Shown: positions 9,304 to 19,134 of the stretch, in pieces
Numbering within the stretch: the stretch's first letter is position 1
How the letters are laid out: every line of letters starts with the position of its first letter
Source of the DNA: Planctomycetota bacterium
GTDB lineage: Bacteria; Planctomycetota; Phycisphaerae; Phycisphaerales; UBA1924
Assembly (NCBI GenBank): GCA_039186605.1
Contig: JBCCZZ010000001.1
Coordinates: 155,252-219,251, forward strand
Length of the DNA stretch: 64,000 bases
Direction of reading: 5' to 3'
The notes under the pieces: model-generated
Told to the model about the DNA's origin: nothing
Databases searched by the model: none
What the model saw: only the letters and a program-made list of their open reading frames with translations
Translations under genes and position numbers: made by a program

Positions 9304-9371
9304 GGGAACAGCCGAAGTAGCACAGACCGACGGGGCCAACTGACCCGGCGAACGACTGACGGAGGCGTGGT

Positions 9372-12300
9372 ATGTCCAGCAGAGGCTTGCGGAGACTTGT
9401 GATCTTGCTCGTGGTCTTGGTGGTCACCGCCGGGGCCGGCTTCGCGCTGGTGCAGGTGAGAGACGCGGGACGCCGGGCCTCGGCCCTGGAGGCGAAGGAG
9501 GCGGGCGATGCCGCGTTCGAAGAGGAACGCTGGCGCGATGCCCTCTCGGGGATGGCGGCCTACCTGAGCTACGACGAGTTCAAAGGCGACGCCCAGGCGG
9601 TGTACAGGCTCGCAGAGGCGCGGAGCCGTGTGCCCGAGGATCGCACGAGCCGGCACAAGCTCGACGCATTGAGCCTGGCCAACCAAGCTGTACGTCTGGC
9701 GCCAGACTCGCTCGACGCGAGGCTTCTGCTGATGCGTTTGAACGTGGATCCCGCGATCCGTCGGCTACCCGAAGCGCTCGAGGCGAGTGCCGAGGTGCTC
9801 CGCATCGACCCGGACAACGAAGAGGCGGTGCTCACCCGTATCGCTTTGCTCGGCGCGTTCGATCGCCACGAGGAAGCCGTCGATCTCGCTGAGAGCTACG
9901 CCGAAGGCATGCCGGGTGATTTCCGCGCCGAGCTGATGAAGCTCCAGGCGATGCGCTCTGCAGGGGCGACGAACGAGGATGTCCTCGCGGAGGCAACGGG
10001 ACTCATCGACGCCTATCCCGATGAGCCCGGCTATCTCGTGCTGGCGACCGACCTGCTCTTGCGCACTGGCGATACCGCCGGTGCTCGGGCGATGGCGATC
10101 CGCGCGAACGACGCGGGCATCACGTCGCCCGCAACGCTGCGGGCACACACGGAGAACCTCGACGCATTGGGCTTGCGCGCGGAGGCCGACAGGCTGCTCG
10201 AGGACATGGTCGAGCAGGGCGGGTCAGACTGGGAGTTCGCGATCGCCTATGCCGACCGTGCGTGGCTCTCGGGCCGACCGCAGGAAGCTCTTGATCGTCT
10301 GCGGCCCCACACGAGTGCGCTGATCGAGGCAGACGACGGAGTGCTGGGCTTCGCGGCTTTCATCGAGCACGTCGCACTGGATGATGATGCGGACCGCCCG
10401 CTCCTCACGGCGCTGCGTGAGCGAGGGTCCTCCGCCGCTCAGTCCTGGGCGTCGCTCTGCGAAGCTGCGGACGCGCTTGAGGAAGACGACGCGGCACGCG
10501 CGCGTGATCTGCTTGAGGGCCTGCTGCTCACAATCCCCGGCGAGGCGTTGCCAGCCGCGATGCTCGCGAGGGCGTACGCGAAGCAGGGCGAGGCGCTCAA
10601 CGCGATCGATCTTTACGAGCAGGCTCTATCCCGGAGCCCCCGGTGGGTGGGGCCGAGGCTCGAGCTTGTGGAGGTGCTGATCAACCACGGCAGTCCGAGC
10701 CTGGCGCGCCAGAACGCGGCGATCGGGTACCGCTTCGCGCCGGAGTCGGTGGCGGCTCGTGAGGCGTTGCTCGAAGCGTCAACAGTCGCGTACGAAGCAG
10801 AGCCGGATCAGGGCGCGACCTGGCGCGCCGCGCTGATGGAAGATCTCGGTCGGCTGGCCGACGAGATCCCGGATTTCCGGGGCCGAGCGCTGGGCCGACT
10901 CGCCCGGATCGCGATCGCAGACGGAGACGCTGCGCAAGCCGAGGCACTGATTAGTGACCTGTTCGCATCAGAACCATCGATCCCGACGGGCGAGATGGCG
11001 AGGCTCGTCGCTGCAGCGGAGGGTGCGCAGCTCACCGCAGCGCGTCGGCTCCGCGGGCTCACGCCCATCGGCGAGTTGCAGGCGGCTCTAGCGGAGGCGG
11101 AGGCCGGGCGGGCGGACGCTGGCAAGGTCAGGCTCCGGGAGGCGATCAGCGGTGCCGAGGGCGTCGAAAGGCTCCGCGCCGAGCTCCGGCTCGCGGTGTA
11201 CCTCGACGAGATCGACGACCCGGAAGCCCGGGACGAGCTGCTCAAGCTCAGCCGTGCGTATCCAGACAACGCGGGGTTGCAAGCCGACATCCTCCGAACG
11301 AGGTCGATTTGGAATGATCAGGACACGTGCGGCGAGGTGATCAACCGCCTCCGCGAACTGACCGGCGACGGTGCCCTGAACTGGCGCACATTCGCGGCGC
11401 GCCGTGTGCTGGCTTTCGACAGGACCGAGCAGGCCGCGGCCGAGGCGCTGACGCTCCTCGACCCCGTACTCCGATCTGGGAACGACAACACCGATGCGCT
11501 CGTGCTCGCGGCCGACGCCTCTGGACTGTCAGGGCTTCGTGAGAAGAAGATCGAATATCTGGAAGCAGCATTGCGGACAGCGCCGGACCGCAGCGATCTG
11601 GCGCGGATTTTGGCTGATGCGCTCTCGGAGGCTGGGCAGTCCGAAGAGTCCACCGCGGTGCTCTTGCAGGGGCTCGGTGATCAGGACTTGGCGGCTCCTG
11701 ACCGCCGCAGGCTGATCGAGCGGCTCTTGGCGCGGGGTCTCGTCGCAGAGGCACGAGGTGAGCTCGAACTGCTCGCGGGCGATGACGCTCGGGACCGCGC
11801 GCTATCGGCGATGGTGGCCGCGATGTCGGGCGATGTACCCGGCGCGAGGGCGTCGTTCATCACCTTGTTGGATGCTCAGGATGCGCCCGCGACGGTGCTC
11901 ATGGATGCCGCCGAGTTCTTTGTTCAGATCGGCGAGCGGCAGCTCTTTACCCGTGCGATCGAGCGTGCGATGCCCGATGCGAGCGAAGCCGAGCGGCTCC
12001 GCGTCGGCACCGGGATCGCTGTTTCGGTCAACGCCTGGGCCTCTGCGGAGGCGTCGGCTCGCCGCCTGGTAGATATGGGTGAGACAGAGCCGACCGAGCT
12101 GGGTGTTCTGATCGCCGCGGCGCTCAGCCGGGGCGATCTCGAGGGCGCCGAGGCGAGCGCCTCGCTCGGAGCAGTAACAGACATTCATAGCCGAGCGGTG
12201 TCGCTCGCTCGCGAGGCCGCCGGCTCGGGCCGGCTTGATGCCATCCGATCGATCGGTCGGCTGTTGGCCGATCCGAGCGAGCGAGCGCAGGCTTTGTTCG

Positions 12301-13529
12301 GGGCGCTCGAGAGGCACCTGACCTCGCCTGATCGCACGAGCCTGGACGGGCTTCGTGGCTTCACCGAGGACCACCCAACCTGGTCGCTATCTTGGCTGAC
12401 ATTGGCGACGGAACTTGTTGCCGCGGGCGATGCAAACGAAGCAGTGCGCGTGCTCGTGAACGCCAGCGATCGTGTTCCGAACGAGGCGGTCATCCCGGCA
12501 ACCGGCTGGGAACTCGCCGCCGGGCTCGGTGAGTGGGGCCAGGCCGAACGATTCGCTCGGACATGGCGGACTCGATCGGCCCTGGATCCGCACGGCGCCA
12601 ACATGGCGCTTGCGACATCGCTCGCACGCCGTGGCGATCTCGCGGGAGCCGAGCAGATCCTGTCCGCGTCGCGCGATCGGATCATCGCAGAGGCCAACGC
12701 CAGACCGCGAGATCTGGTGACCTACGCGGAGGTGTTGGTCTCACTGGGCCGACTCGCGGAGGGTGAGGCCTTGCTCCGCCCAAGGCTTGACGAAGCGGAA
12801 GGCTGGGTGGCGTCCTACACGCAGCTCGGGCTGAGGCTTCCGGCCCTTGAAGAGCGGCGTGCTTTCCTTCGGCGGGCAATCGAGGTGGTCGCAGACAAGC
12901 CTGCGGGTATCGCGATCATTGGCCAGGCTTGGCTCGAAGACGCCGAAGCAACGGGAGAGGCCGCGAGCGCCGAAACCGCGCGGGACACGCTTCGGCTCGT
13001 CGCGAGAGAGCCAAGGTTCGCGGCCGCGGCCTGGGGCATGATCGCTCGCAGTGAGGAACTGCTCGACAACCAGGACGCGGCGATCGAGGCCTACCGGACC
13101 GCGGTCGAGCTGAGTCCTGACAACGTCCTGGCACTCAACAATCTGGCCTACATGATGCTGTCCGATGAGTCCAACGACGGTGTCGAAGCGGCTGGATATG
13201 CACGACGGGCGGTCGAGCTGCTCAGGCGAGGTGGGTCGTCGGGCGACGTTGTGGCTCAGGCCCTCGATACACTGGCGGACGCCGAACGACGACAGGGACG
13301 ATTCGAGGAGGCGGCGGCGGCCTCGGCCGAGGCGATCGAGCTCGGGCTGGGTCTTGCTATTGGAAGCCGAGCGGGCATTCTCCTTGACCTCGCTGAGGCT
13401 CAGGTCGAGCTGGGACAGCAGAGCCAAGCCGCCAGGACACTTGAACGGGCGGAAACTCTTGTGGGGGCTGAGCCAGATCCGGAGCGGGTGCGTCGGCTTA
13501 GCGAGTTGAAAGCTCGAAATTCAAGCTAA
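9372..13529 (+). CDS. Membrane-anchored TPR-repeat protein (1385 aa), PrsT-like candidate of the PEP-CTERM system
   Basis: N-terminal hydrophobic anchor LVILLVVLVVTAGAGFALV, then Ala/Leu/Arg-rich helical repeats with TPR-like periodicity throughout. It sits between the sugar transferase and the PEP-CTERM-like cargo gene. Confidence 0.65.
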   Translation: MSSRGLRRLVILLVVLVVTAGAGFALVQVRDAGRRASALEAKEAGDAAFEEERWRDALSGMAAYLSYDEFKGDAQAVYRLAEARSRVPEDRTSRHKLDALSLANQAVRLAPDSLDARLLLMRLNVDPAIRRLPEALEASAEVLRIDPDNEEAVLTRIALLGAFDRHEEAVDLAESYAEGMPGDFRAELMKLQAMRSAGATNEDVLAEATGLIDAYPDEPGYLVLATDLLLRTGDTAGARAMAIRANDAGITSPATLRAHTENLDALGLRAEADRLLEDMVEQGGSDWEFAIAYADRAWLSGRPQEALDRLRPHTSALIEADDGVLGFAAFIEHVALDDDADRPLLTALRERGSSAAQSWASLCEAADALEEDDAARARDLLEGLLLTIPGEALPAAMLARAYAKQGEALNAIDLYEQALSRSPRWVGPRLELVEVLINHGSPSLARQNAAIGYRFAPESVAAREALLEASTVAYEAEPDQGATWRAALMEDLGRLADEIPDFRGRALGRLARIAIADGDAAQAEALISDLFASEPSIPTGEMARLVAAAEGAQLTAARRLRGLTPIGELQAALAEAEAGRADAGKVRLREAISGAEGVERLRAELRLAVYLDEIDDPEARDELLKLSRAYPDNAGLQADILRTRSIWNDQDTCGEVINRLRELTGDGALNWRTFAARRVLAFDRTEQAAAEALTLLDPVLRSGNDNTDALVLAADASGLSGLREKKIEYLEAALRTAPDRSDLARILADALSEAGQSEESTAVLLQGLGDQDLAAPDRRRLIERLLARGLVAEARGELELLAGDDARDRALSAMVAAMSGDVPGARASFITLLDAQDAPATVLMDAAEFFVQIGERQLFTRAIERAMPDASEAERLRVGTGIAVSVNAWASAEASARRLVDMGETEPTELGVLIAAALSRGDLEGAEASASLGAVTDIHSRAVSLAREAAGSGRLDAIRSIGRLLADPSERAQALFGALERHLTSPDRTSLDGLRGFTEDHPTWSLSWLTLATELVAAGDANEAVRVLVNASDRVPNEAVIPATGWELAAGLGEWGQAERFARTWRTRSALDPHGANMALATSLARRGDLAGAEQILSASRDRIIAEANARPRDLVTYAEVLVSLGRLAEGEALLRPRLDEAEGWVASYTQLGLRLPALEERRAFLRRAIEVVADKPAGIAIIGQAWLEDAEATGEAASAETARDTLRLVAREPRFAAAAWGMIARSEELLDNQDAAIEAYRTAVELSPDNVLALNNLAYMMLSDESNDGVEAAGYARRAVELLRRGGSSGDVVAQALDTLADAERRQGRFEEAAAASAEAIELGLGLAIGSRAGILLDLAEAQVELGQQSQAARTLERAETLVGAEPDPERVRRLSELKARNSS

Positions 13530-13621
13530 TCCGTTGTTCAACAAGCCTTTGTGCCATTTCACATATCGGACCATTGGATCGTGACTAGCGCGCAAAGCTA
13601 GCGCGAAACTGGTACTTATCG

Positions 13622-13650
13622 CTTGTCGGGCAGGGAATGGCGGGCTATAC
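13622..13650 (+). promoter_or_regulatory. Candidate sigma70-like promoter (TTGTCG-17 bp-TATACA) upstream of the PEP-CTERM-like cargo gene
   Basis: Hexamers at 13622-13627 and 13645-13650 with a 17-bp spacer, in a locally AT-richer 208-bp intergenic region. An SD-like GGAGGG lies 9 nt before the ATG at 13738. Confidence 0.3.
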
Positions 13651-13737
13651 ATTGATCAGAGTAAAGAGAGAACCCACCCTGCGCCCTTGGCGTATGGGTG
13701 GTCAGCACTTGGGAAAATGCACTTGGAGGGACGTCAA

Positions 13738-14382
13738 ATGAAGATCGCAACAATCGCGGCTGTTGCCGCTGCAGCCGGCTTTGCCAGCTCGGCGATGGCC
13801 TCGGCCCCATACCCGAACCTGCGCTTCGACATTCAGCAGTTCAGCTACGAGGCTGACAGCGCGCTGAGCGAGAGCTACACCGGTTCGATCAACTACACGC
13901 TCGGCGCGGGCTTCCTGAACTCGGTTGAGGGTTCGGACTCCGGCGCGTTCGGCACCTTTGAGAGCGCTGGCGACGGCGGCACCCTGACCGACTTCACCGG
14001 CATGCTGACCTTCGTCAGCGGTAACGTGACCGGTGGCTCGTTCAGCTGGACCAACGACACCGGTGACACCATCACCGTCGACGTTGTTGCCAACGCCGGC
14101 AGCCTCAACTCGACCGCTGGCAGCGGTTTCGCCATCGACGGCCTGCTCATCGACTTCGTCTTCAGCGACGACATGTTCGGTGCGGTCGATGCCTCCGAGT
14201 TCTTTGACATGGGCACCCCGCTGCCCGCGACCGGTGACTTCCTGAACCTCCGCCTCGCCGGCGGCATGTCGGGCACCGCGGACGGCGAGTTCCAGATCTC
14301 TGCCCAGATCATCCCGGCCCCGACCGCGGCTGGCCTCGGCCTTGCCGGCCTCGCCGGTATCGCCACCCGTCGTCGCCGCTAA
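13738..14382 (+). CDS. PEP-CTERM-like sorting-signal protein (exosortase cargo), Gly/Ser/Thr/Asp-rich
   Basis: Signal peptide MKIATIAAVAAAAGFASSAMA. C-terminus IIPAPTAAGLGLAGLAGIATRRRR is a Pro-containing motif, hydrophobic helix and Arg cluster, i.e. a tripartite PEP-CTERM-type signal (a PAP variant). Confidence 0.75.
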   Translation: MKIATIAAVAAAAGFASSAMASAPYPNLRFDIQQFSYEADSALSESYTGSINYTLGAGFLNSVEGSDSGAFGTFESAGDGGTLTDFTGMLTFVSGNVTGGSFSWTNDTGDTITVDVVANAGSLNSTAGSGFAIDGLLIDFVFSDDMFGAVDASEFFDMGTPLPATGDFLNLRLAGGMSGTADGEFQISAQIIPAPTAAGLGLAGLAGIATRRRR

Positions 14383-14412
14383 TCGCGGATACGACACGAT
14401 TCGTCACTCCAA

Positions 14413-14443
14413 GCGGCATCCGCGTAAGCGGATGCCGCTTTTT
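14413..14443. terminator. Rho-independent terminator hairpin (bidirectional position between convergent genes)
   Basis: GCGGCATCCGC-GTAA-GCGGATGCCGC followed by TTTTT, lying between the cargo gene stop (14382) and the rfbB stop (14490). Confidence 0.6.
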
Positions 14444-14489
14444 CGTTCAGCACTTTTGTGTCGACTACCGGGACCGTGGAGTAGGCGGC

Positions 14490-15548
14490 TCAGCCGTACT
14501 GCTTCTCGTAGTACTCGCGGTACGCGCCCGATCGGACACGCTCCCACCATTGGCGGTTGTTACTGTACCAGCGGATGGTGTCTTCCAATGCGGCGGGCCA
14601 GGCCGAGCGAGTTGGCTCCCAACCAAGTTCATTCTTGATCTTGGTCGCATCGATCGCGTACCGGCGGTCGTGACCCGGGCGGTCGGGGACGTACTCGATC
14701 ATCTCCTCGCCGTGGCCCATGCCCTCAAGGATCGAACGAGTGAGCTCCAGGTTGCTGCGCTCATTGTTCCCGCCAATGTTGTATGTCTCGCCGCTCCGGC
14801 CCTTCTCAAGCGCCGCGAGGACGGCTTCGCAGTGATCTATCACGTGGAGCCAGTCCCGGACATTCTGGCCATCGCCGTACAGCGGGACCTTCTTTCCGTC
14901 GAGCAGATTGGTGACAAACAGCGGGATGACTTTCTCGGGGAACTGCCAAGGCCCGAAGTTGTTCGAGCAGTTGGTCGTCACCAGATCCATACCAAACGTG
15001 TTGTGGTAGGCATTGACGAGAAGATCGCTCGCGGCCTTGCTGGCCGAATACGGACTGCCCGGGTCGTAGGGCGTGGTCTCGGTGAAGAGCTGCGTCTTGT
15101 CATCGAGCGGCAGTGAGCCGTACACCTCGTCGGTGGAGACGTGGAGGAACCTGCCAGCGCCGTCCGCTAGGCCTTTGCCATCGCACGCGCGGCGTGCGGC
15201 GTCAAGCATGGTCTGGGTGCCGAGGACGTTGGTCTTGATGAACGGGCCCGAGTCCATGATCGACCGATCGACGTGGCTCTCGGCGGCCATGTGGACTACG
15301 GCGTCGCACTCGCTACAGAGATCACTCACGAGCCGAGCATCGCAGATGTCACCCTTGACGAATCGGTAGCGATCGTCGCCATCGACATCGGCGAGGTTCT
15401 CGAGGTTCGCGGCATATGTCAGCACGTCCAGGTTTGTCACGCGCACGCCGGGGCGGTTCTCGAGGACGAACCTGATGAAGTTCGACCCGATGAATCCGGC
15501 GCCGCCGGTGACCAGGATGTGCTCGAACGATCTTGGCTTGGTCATCAT
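14490..15548 (-). CDS. rfbB: dTDP-glucose 4,6-dehydratase
   Basis: ILVTGGAGFIGSNF and YSASKAASD motifs, SDR-extended RmlB family. ATG start preceded by GAGGA. Confidence 0.9.
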   Translation of the reverse strand: MMTKPRSFEHILVTGGAGFIGSNFIRFVLENRPGVRVTNLDVLTYAANLENLADVDGDDRYRFVKGDICDARLVSDLCSECDAVVHMAAESHVDRSIMDSGPFIKTNVLGTQTMLDAARRACDGKGLADGAGRFLHVSTDEVYGSLPLDDKTQLFTETTPYDPGSPYSASKAASDLLVNAYHNTFGMDLVTTNCSNNFGPWQFPEKVIPLFVTNLLDGKKVPLYGDGQNVRDWLHVIDHCEAVLAALEKGRSGETYNIGGNNERSNLELTRSILEGMGHGEEMIEYVPDRPGHDRRYAIDATKIKNELGWEPTRSAWPAALEDTIRWYSNNRQWWERVRSGAYREYYEKQYG

Positions 15549-15549
15549 C

Positions 15550-16386
15550 TCAGTCCTCAAGTCGGCTGATCACGGCTCGGAGGTTTTCGCGCCAATCGGG
15601 CATGGGGCCGATCGCGGCCTCGGTCTCGGAGAGGTCCATCACGCTATAGGGCGGACGCTTGGCGGGCCTGGGGTACTCATCGCTCGTGCAGGGATGGACA
15701 GTGCATCGTCCGTCGGCTGCGGTGCGGTTGATCTCCTGGGCAAAACCGTGCCAGGTGCACTCGCCTCCGTCGGTGATGTGATGGAATCCATCGACGCCCG
15801 CCCGGAGCATGCCGAGGGACGCCGAGGCCAGGTGCTCGGCGCTGGTGGGCCGACCACGCTGGTCGTCAACCACGCGGAGCTCATCCTTTGAGCGGGTGAG
15901 GTTCGCCATTGTGAGCACAAAGTTCTTGCCCCAGGGGGCGTAGAGCCAGCTCGTGCGGGCGGTGAGGTGTCGGCAGCCCGACTCGGCGATCGCGGCTTCG
16001 CCGACGGCCTTGCTGCGGCCGTAGGCGTTAAGTGGCTCGATGGGAGCTTCTGTGGGGTACGGTTCGGTGGCGTTGCCGTTGAAGACGTAATCGGTGCTGT
16101 AGTGGATGAGTGTTGCGCCTTCGTTTGCGCAGGCTCTGGCGAGCCGCCCCACCGCTTCACCGTTGATCTTCGTTGCTTCGGATTCGTGTGTCTCTGCGCC
16201 GTCTACATCGGTCCATGCGGCGCAGTTGATGACGGTGCCATAGCCGGCAAGATCCCAGTCTGCGTCCCCAAGATCGAGTTCGGTACGCGGGGGCGCGTCG
16301 TGCTCGAGCGCCTCGCGCTCCAGCAGTTCCTGCCACGCCCGGCCCAGCATGCCCGAGCCACCGATGAGCAAGGCCCGGCCCAGCAT
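15550..16386 (-). CDS. rfbD: dTDP-4-dehydrorhamnose reductase
   Basis: MLGRALLIGGSGMLG...YSTDYVF...YGRSKAVGE, RmlD family. The start overlaps the rfbA stop. Confidence 0.85.
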   Translation of the reverse strand: MLGRALLIGGSGMLGRAWQELLEREALEHDAPPRTELDLGDADWDLAGYGTVINCAAWTDVDGAETHESEATKINGEAVGRLARACANEGATLIHYSTDYVFNGNATEPYPTEAPIEPLNAYGRSKAVGEAAIAESGCRHLTARTSWLYAPWGKNFVLTMANLTRSKDELRVVDDQRGRPTSAEHLASASLGMLRAGVDGFHHITDGGECTWHGFAQEINRTAADGRCTVHPCTSDEYPRPAKRPPYSVMDLSETEAAIGPMPDWRENLRAVISRLED

Positions 16387-17159
16387 CAGGACGAGGCCAC
16401 CTCGACGGAGCCGGCGGCCATCTGCTCGGGCGTCTTGTTCGCACCGTCCCTTGCGACGTAGCTTGCTGCTCGGTGGAGACTCTCGAAGGTGCCGGCGTCG
16501 GTCCACCAGCCGTCGAGTTCGGTCCAGCTCAGGTCGCCGCGTTCGAGGTACATGTTGTTTACATCGGTGATCTCGAGCTCACCCCGGGCACTCGGCTCAA
16601 GGTTGTTGCACATGTCGAAGACCGAGCCGTCGTAGAAATAGATCCCCGTAACCGCTTTGTTGCTGGGCGGGTCCTTGGGCTTCTCCACGATGCCGGTGAT
16701 GTTGCCGTTGTCGTCGAGCGACGCGACGCCGAAGCGCTGGGGGTCGTGGACCTCCTTGAGCAGAAGCTTTGCGCCTGTGGGCTGGCTGAAGAAGTCGCCC
16801 GCAGCTCGGCGGATGTTTCCCTCGATGATGTTGTCACCGAGAATGACACAGATCTTGCTGCCCTCGGCGAAGTCCTCGGCCAGCCGGAGGGCATCGGCGA
16901 TCCCGCCCTCGCCCTCCTGGTAGGCGTAGGCGAGGCGTTTGAGGCCCGTGTCCTGACCGTTCTTGAGCAGCTTGAGGAAATCGCCTGCGTGCTCACCGCC
17001 GGTGACGATCAGAACCTCGTCGATCCCGGCATTGCGCAGGCACTCGATCGGGTAGTAGATCATCGGGCGGTCGTAGACCGGCAGGAGGTGCTTGTTGGTA
17101 ACGAGGGTCAGGGGCCGAAGCCTGGTCCCGAGCCCGCCGGCGAGGATTACACCCTTCAT
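16386..17159 (-). CDS. rfbA: Glucose-1-phosphate thymidylyltransferase
   Basis: MKGVILAGGLGTRLRPLT...HLLPVYDRPMIYYPIE, RmlA family. Confidence 0.9.
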   Translation of the reverse strand: MKGVILAGGLGTRLRPLTLVTNKHLLPVYDRPMIYYPIECLRNAGIDEVLIVTGGEHAGDFLKLLKNGQDTGLKRLAYAYQEGEGGIADALRLAEDFAEGSKICVILGDNIIEGNIRRAAGDFFSQPTGAKLLLKEVHDPQRFGVASLDDNGNITGIVEKPKDPPSNKAVTGIYFYDGSVFDMCNNLEPSARGELEITDVNNMYLERGDLSWTELDGWWTDAGTFESLHRAASYVARDGANKTPEQMAAGSVEVASS

Positions 17160-17242
17160 CTCACAGCCCCAATCCGCCTTTGATCCCGTCCGATCGGCCT
17201 TGTACTCGTCCCGTTATCGGCGGATCCTATCGCTCGGGTGAG

Positions 17243-18076
17243 TCACCTGGTGGTCTCATCACGGAGCCAGGCTTTGCCCTCTCCATCGGCGATGCGACGG
17301 GCCGCCTCCCACCTGGTTTGCAGCTTCGTCCAGAGGTAGACACCGAGGGCGGGCCAGAGCCAGGGGCGGAATCCGAGGAGCAACAGCGCGGTCTTCTGCG
17401 ACCGTTGGCGCCGCTCCATCAGGTCCGGGTACCGCTCGGCCAACTCGCTGAACCCGGACCGGCGGCGGATCTCGATCCGACGCAGGGCCTCGAGCGTCGC
17501 GGGTGGACTCATCCGAAACCTGGATCCTTCGATGACGGCCTGCTCCTTTGGCTCGACGCGCGTGGATGCGAAGGTGTCATCCGCGATCAGATCGGGCCAC
17601 TCATCGAAACGGCCTCGTCCCTCCTCGCTGAACGCGAACACTCCGCCGATCTTGGATCTGTAGTAAGGCAGCCTCGTCCAGATCCGGTAGTACGCGCGGA
17701 CCGACCAGGGACGGTCCTCAAGATCGATATCCATCCTTGGGCTCACCAGATGCAGATCGCCGGTGGGCGCGAGTGCGCTGGCGAGACGCCGGCAGTCATC
17801 GGTCGGCAGATCAACGTCGGCATCGAGGTAGATGCGCGGGAAGGACCTCGCGTGCTGATCGCCCAGATTGAGGGCGTGGATCTTCGACCCAACCTCGGTC
17901 TCGATGACCCGGATCGGGTAATCGATGCCCCGCGCCCGGTCCGCGGTCTCGTCGGTGCAGCCGTTCGCAACGACGATGATGTCGAGTTCACCTGGTGAGG
18001 CATCACGCGTCAGCGCGGTGAGTGTCCGCTCGATAACCGACGCCTCGTTGTGTGCCGGAACTATGACGGTGATCAC
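17243..18076 (-). CDS. Family 2 glycosyltransferase
   Basis: MITVIVPAHNEASVIERTL...DADVDL, a GT-A fold with a DxD motif. Confidence 0.8.
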   Translation of the reverse strand: MITVIVPAHNEASVIERTLTALTRDASPGELDIIVVANGCTDETADRARGIDYPIRVIETEVGSKIHALNLGDQHARSFPRIYLDADVDLPTDDCRRLASALAPTGDLHLVSPRMDIDLEDRPWSVRAYYRIWTRLPYYRSKIGGVFAFSEEGRGRFDEWPDLIADDTFASTRVEPKEQAVIEGSRFRMSPPATLEALRRIEIRRRSGFSELAERYPDLMERRQRSQKTALLLLGFRPWLWPALGVYLWTKLQTRWEAARRIADGEGKAWLRDETTR

Positions 18077-18162
18077 TGGACGCTCGCCTCGGGCTCGATG
18101 GGTGGGCCCGAGCGTAACCCGATACGCGACGGGCGCTCGTTCGGGCCACGGTAGCGCGTGAT

Positions 18163-19134
18163 CTAGCGCCTCGTGGTGCCTACACCCATCGGCGGTTCAT
18201 CGCGAGCGTTCCAGTCCGGATTGTCGTACCGTCGGGCTTCATTGGCCCAGAACCTCAGGTCACGGAAGTCATCCTCATCGCGGAGACTGACAGCCCCGTC
18301 GAGGGTCGCGGCGATCGCTTTCCCACCCCATCGCAGATCGACATATCCGAAGTCGCTGTCTGCAGACTGAGTCCCGAACTCGCTTCGAGAAAAGATGTCG
18401 GTCTGGTACGGGTTTTCCCGGACGGGAGGGTTGATGCGCCAGTAGCCATCGAACGAACCGTGGAAGCCAGCATCCTGGAGCGTCAGATCGAAGGCGTCGG
18501 GATCGACCCGGCTTCGGGCGGACGCGAATACAAGGAGTTCGCCGGGTGCAATGGCCTCGCTGAGACGCCGGACGGGCCCGTACTGGTCAAAGAACGGGTT
18601 TCCGTACTGCGATCTGCTGTATGTGCTGTAGTCGCCCCCGACGTAATAGCCGTTCAGGCCAAACGACGGATAGAGAGACACAAGGTAGTAGAACCACTCG
18701 CCCAACTCGCTCCGGACGTCAAGGAGGCCTGACTGACGGCCGGCAAGGAAGACGCCGTCCACGCTCCGATTGATGTAGGGAACGAGACGCCAGACCCAGC
18801 GTGCAGGCACCTCTCCGGCGGACAGCCCCTCAGACCCGAACGGCTGTCCGAGGTCGTCAACGAGATCCTCGACCTCATCCTTCGTGTAGGCCGGGAGAAA
18901 CGCGTCGTTGTGCTCGATCGCATACGACGTGTACGCGGTGACCAGGTTGCGAACCGCAGCCAGTTCTTTGGTCTTTGCCGCCTGACTCCGAGCGGAGCCC
19001 AGGGCGGGGAGGAGGATACCAATCAGGATTGCGATTATTGCGATCGAGACCAGCAACTCAATCAGTGTGAAAGCACCGGCTCGACCAGGACGAGCGAGGT
19101 AACAAGTCATTCTATCCCTCACGCGATCGATCAT
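18163..19134 (-). CDS. Type IV pilin-like (prepilin N-terminal methylation motif) secreted protein, planctomycete DUF1559-type
   Basis: GAFTLIELLVSIAIIAILIGILLPAL is the class III signal/prepilin cleavage-methylation motif. The true start is probably the MTCY codon at about 19110. Confidence 0.7.
   Translation of the reverse strand: MIDRVRDRMTCYLARPGRAGAFTLIELLVSIAIIAILIGILLPALGSARSQAAKTKELAAVRNLVTAYTSYAIEHNDAFLPAYTKDEVEDLVDDLGQPFGSEGLSAGEVPARWVWRLVPYINRSVDGVFLAGRQSGLLDVRSELGEWFYYLVSLYPSFGLNGYYVGGDYSTYSRSQYGNPFFDQYGPVRRLSEAIAPGELLVFASARSRVDPDAFDLTLQDAGFHGSFDGYWRINPPVRENPYQTDIFSRSEFGTQSADSDFGYVDLRWGGKAIAATLDGAVSLRDEDDFRDLRFWANEARRYDNPDWNARDEPPMGVGTTRR

Noticed and set aside
13595-13617. CTAGCGCG-AAAG-CTAGCGCG direct repeat upstream of the cargo gene, considered as a transcription-factor operator
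   Set aside because: It is only two 8-bp copies with no third occurrence elsewhere in the window that I could see. It is kept as a note inside the cargo-gene finding rather than as a feature.
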